NCBI RefSeq assembly: GCF_014385195.1
Contig: NZ_JACRTG010000004.1
Location: 20,851 to 44,850, forward strand
Source: Paratissierella segnis
GTDB taxonomy: Bacteria > Bacillota > Clostridia > Tissierellales > Tissierellaceae
Length of the DNA stretch: 24,000 nt
Direction: 5' to 3'
Within the stretch, counting starts at the first letter, position 1; each line of letters opens with the position of its first letter. Made by a program: the position numbers and the translations under genes. Shown one piece after another: positions 22,882 through 24,000 of this stretch. The notes beneath the pieces were generated by a model. The model was given only the letters and a program-made list of their open reading frames with translations. It made no database searches and was not told the origin of the DNA.

Positions 22882-23154
22882 ATGAAAATTAAAGTATGCA
22901 TGGGTTCAAATTGCACTTTATTGGGAGCAATGAATTTACTGGACCAAATTGAGGATTTAAAGGGTATTCTTGAAAGTAATGATGAGAAATATAATGACGA
23001 AAAATTGGAAATTGAGCCTGTTACATGTATGGGTTATTGCAAAAAGATGGGTACTGGTATTTCGCCCGTAGTTATGTTAGATGGCGATATTATTTTCAAT
23101 GCCACCGGTCAGATCGTTATGGAAAAGATTATGGATAAAAAGATAAAGGATTAA
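22882..23154 (+). CDS. Thioredoxin-like [2Fe-2S] ferredoxin (NuoE/HndA-like)
   Basis: 90 aa with Cys pattern C-x4-C-x37-C-x3-C (C6, C11, C49, C53). An AGGAGG RBS is present, and the gene lies directly upstream of a hydrogenase-like gene. Confidence 0.75.
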   Translation: MKIKVCMGSNCTLLGAMNLLDQIEDLKGILESNDEKYNDEKLEIEPVTCMGYCKKMGTGISPVVMLDGDIIFNATGQIVMEKIMDKKIKD

Positions 23155-23182
23155 TCCTTTAATTTGGGAGGAATAAGAGCCA

Positions 23183-24000
23183 ATGAAAGAAAGCTACGTT
23201 GATCTTGTAAATATAAGAAGAAAAGTCTTTGCTTTGATTGCTAAAATGGCTTATGAAGATGCAGACCTTAATGAGCTTGAGAAAGCTTCATATGATTTAA
23301 TACCAGGTGAGATAGCTACATATAGAGAAAGTATTTTTAGAGAAAGAGCAATTATTGAAGAGAGATTAAGATTAACTATGGGGCTTGATGCAAGACATAT
23401 GAATGAATTTACCAGAGTAACTGATGGGATTGATGAAATTAATGTAAATGAAATAAAAATAAATCTACCATTAGTTAATGTAATTACATTCGCTTGTGAA
23501 GCTTGCCCTACTAGAGCGTTTCAAGTTACTGATAATTGTAGAAAATGTCTGGCGCATCCTTGTACCAATGTATGCCCAGTAAATGCTGTTTCTATTGGAA
23601 AAGATAGAGCGATTATAGATAAGGAAAAATGTATTAAATGCGGCAAGTGTAAAGAGGCTTGTCCATATAGTGCAATAGTTGAATTTCACAGACCTTGTGC
23701 ATTTGTTTGCGGTGTAAATGCAATAGAAAGCGACTATTTAGGAAGAGCTAAAATAAATGAGGAAAAATGTGTATCTTGCGGACGTTGCGTAATACAGTGT
23801 CCATATGGAGCAATTGCTGATAAATCTCAAATTTATCAGGTTGTAAAGGGATTAAAAAACAAGGAAAATATGTACGCGATAATTGCCCCATCTTTTATTG
23901 GACAATTTGGTGTTTTGGCTAGTCCGATTCAGATCGTAGAAGGAATAAAACAGTTGGGTTTCAAGGATGTAGTTGAAGTTAGTTTAGGAGCGGATATTAC
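23183..24000 (+). CDS. [FeFe]-hydrogenase-like protein, 5' partial (N-terminal helical region, two 4Fe-4S dicluster motifs, start of the H-cluster domain). It continues past the window end.
   Basis: Not in the ORF track because it is open at the window end. My own translation from ATG 23183 reads MKESYVDLVNIRRKVFALIAKMAYED ... CEACPTRAF ... CRKCLAHPCTNVCP ... CIKCGKCKEACP ... CVSCGRCVIQCP ... YAIIAPSFIGQFG. It resembles group B-type [FeFe] hydrogenases from memory. Confidence 0.75.
   Translation, partial: MKESYVDLVNIRRKVFALIAKMAYEDADLNELEKASYDLIPGEIATYRESIFRERAIIEERLRLTMGLDARHMNEFTRVTDGIDEINVNEIKINLPLVNVITFACEACPTRAFQVTDNCRKCLAHPCTNVCPVNAVSIGKDRAIIDKEKCIKCGKCKEACPYSAIVEFHRPCAFVCGVNAIESDYLGRAKINEEKCVSCGRCVIQCPYGAIADKSQIYQVVKGLKNKENMYAIIAPSFIGQFGVLASPIQIVEGIKQLGFKDVVEVSLGADI

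Noticed and set aside
23471-23689. Minus-strand 72-aa ORF
   Set aside because: It is antisense to the hydrogenase-like CDS, whose Cys-motif-rich frame is unambiguous.

Overview
This is an AT-rich, Clostridia-like Firmicutes chromosomal segment with dense, short operons. I recognised no phage, transposase, CRISPR, rRNA or tRNA genes. From left to right:

- **1-1761:** two tandem T-box leaders on the minus strand flank a PF04392-type ABC substrate-binding lipoprotein gene. The leaders are identical for 250 nt and diverge exactly at the inferred specifier codon, UUC versus UAC.
- **1818-5359:** a minus-strand zinc-type ABC uptake operon (small Cys/His-rich membrane protein, znuA with a His/Glu loop, znuC, znuB) ends in an unusual CC-motif lipoprotein.
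- **5360-5733:** a divergent intergenic region carries a duplicated 52-bp element that is related to part of the metN leader.
- **5734-14741:** miscellaneous genes: a DUF4846-like lipoprotein, two GNATs, a frameshifted secreted-protein gene, bcp, DUF2007, an RsiV/DUF3298-like secreted protein, a methyltransferase, a SnoaL-like protein, sfsA, a SHOCT-repeat protein and rnz.
- **14808-17672:** an agr-type quorum-sensing locus with a divergent layout. The LytTR regulator and AgrC-like kinase are on the minus strand and agrD-agrB on the plus strand. A 13-nt direct-repeat pair sits in the shared promoter region. About 375 nt of untranslated sequence follows, ending at a 17-bp perfect hairpin.
- **18159-19300:** a frameshifted DUF362-ferredoxin gene.
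- **19342-22374:** a SAM-I riboswitch controls metNIQ, followed by a small acidic ORF. MetQ has lost its lipobox cysteine, and a (AATTCAC)5 microsatellite lies after metQ.
- **22430-22730:** a GC-enriched, apparently structured non-coding island of about 300 bp contains a (TACCTAT)5 array.
- **22749-24000:** a thioredoxin-like [2Fe-2S] ferredoxin and the 5' part of a [FeFe]-hydrogenase-like gene sit behind an extended -10 promoter and a perfect 14-bp palindrome.

The observations most worth follow-up are the twin T-boxes, the accessory proteins of the zinc operon, the agr locus with its long untranslated tail, and the unassigned GC-rich island.
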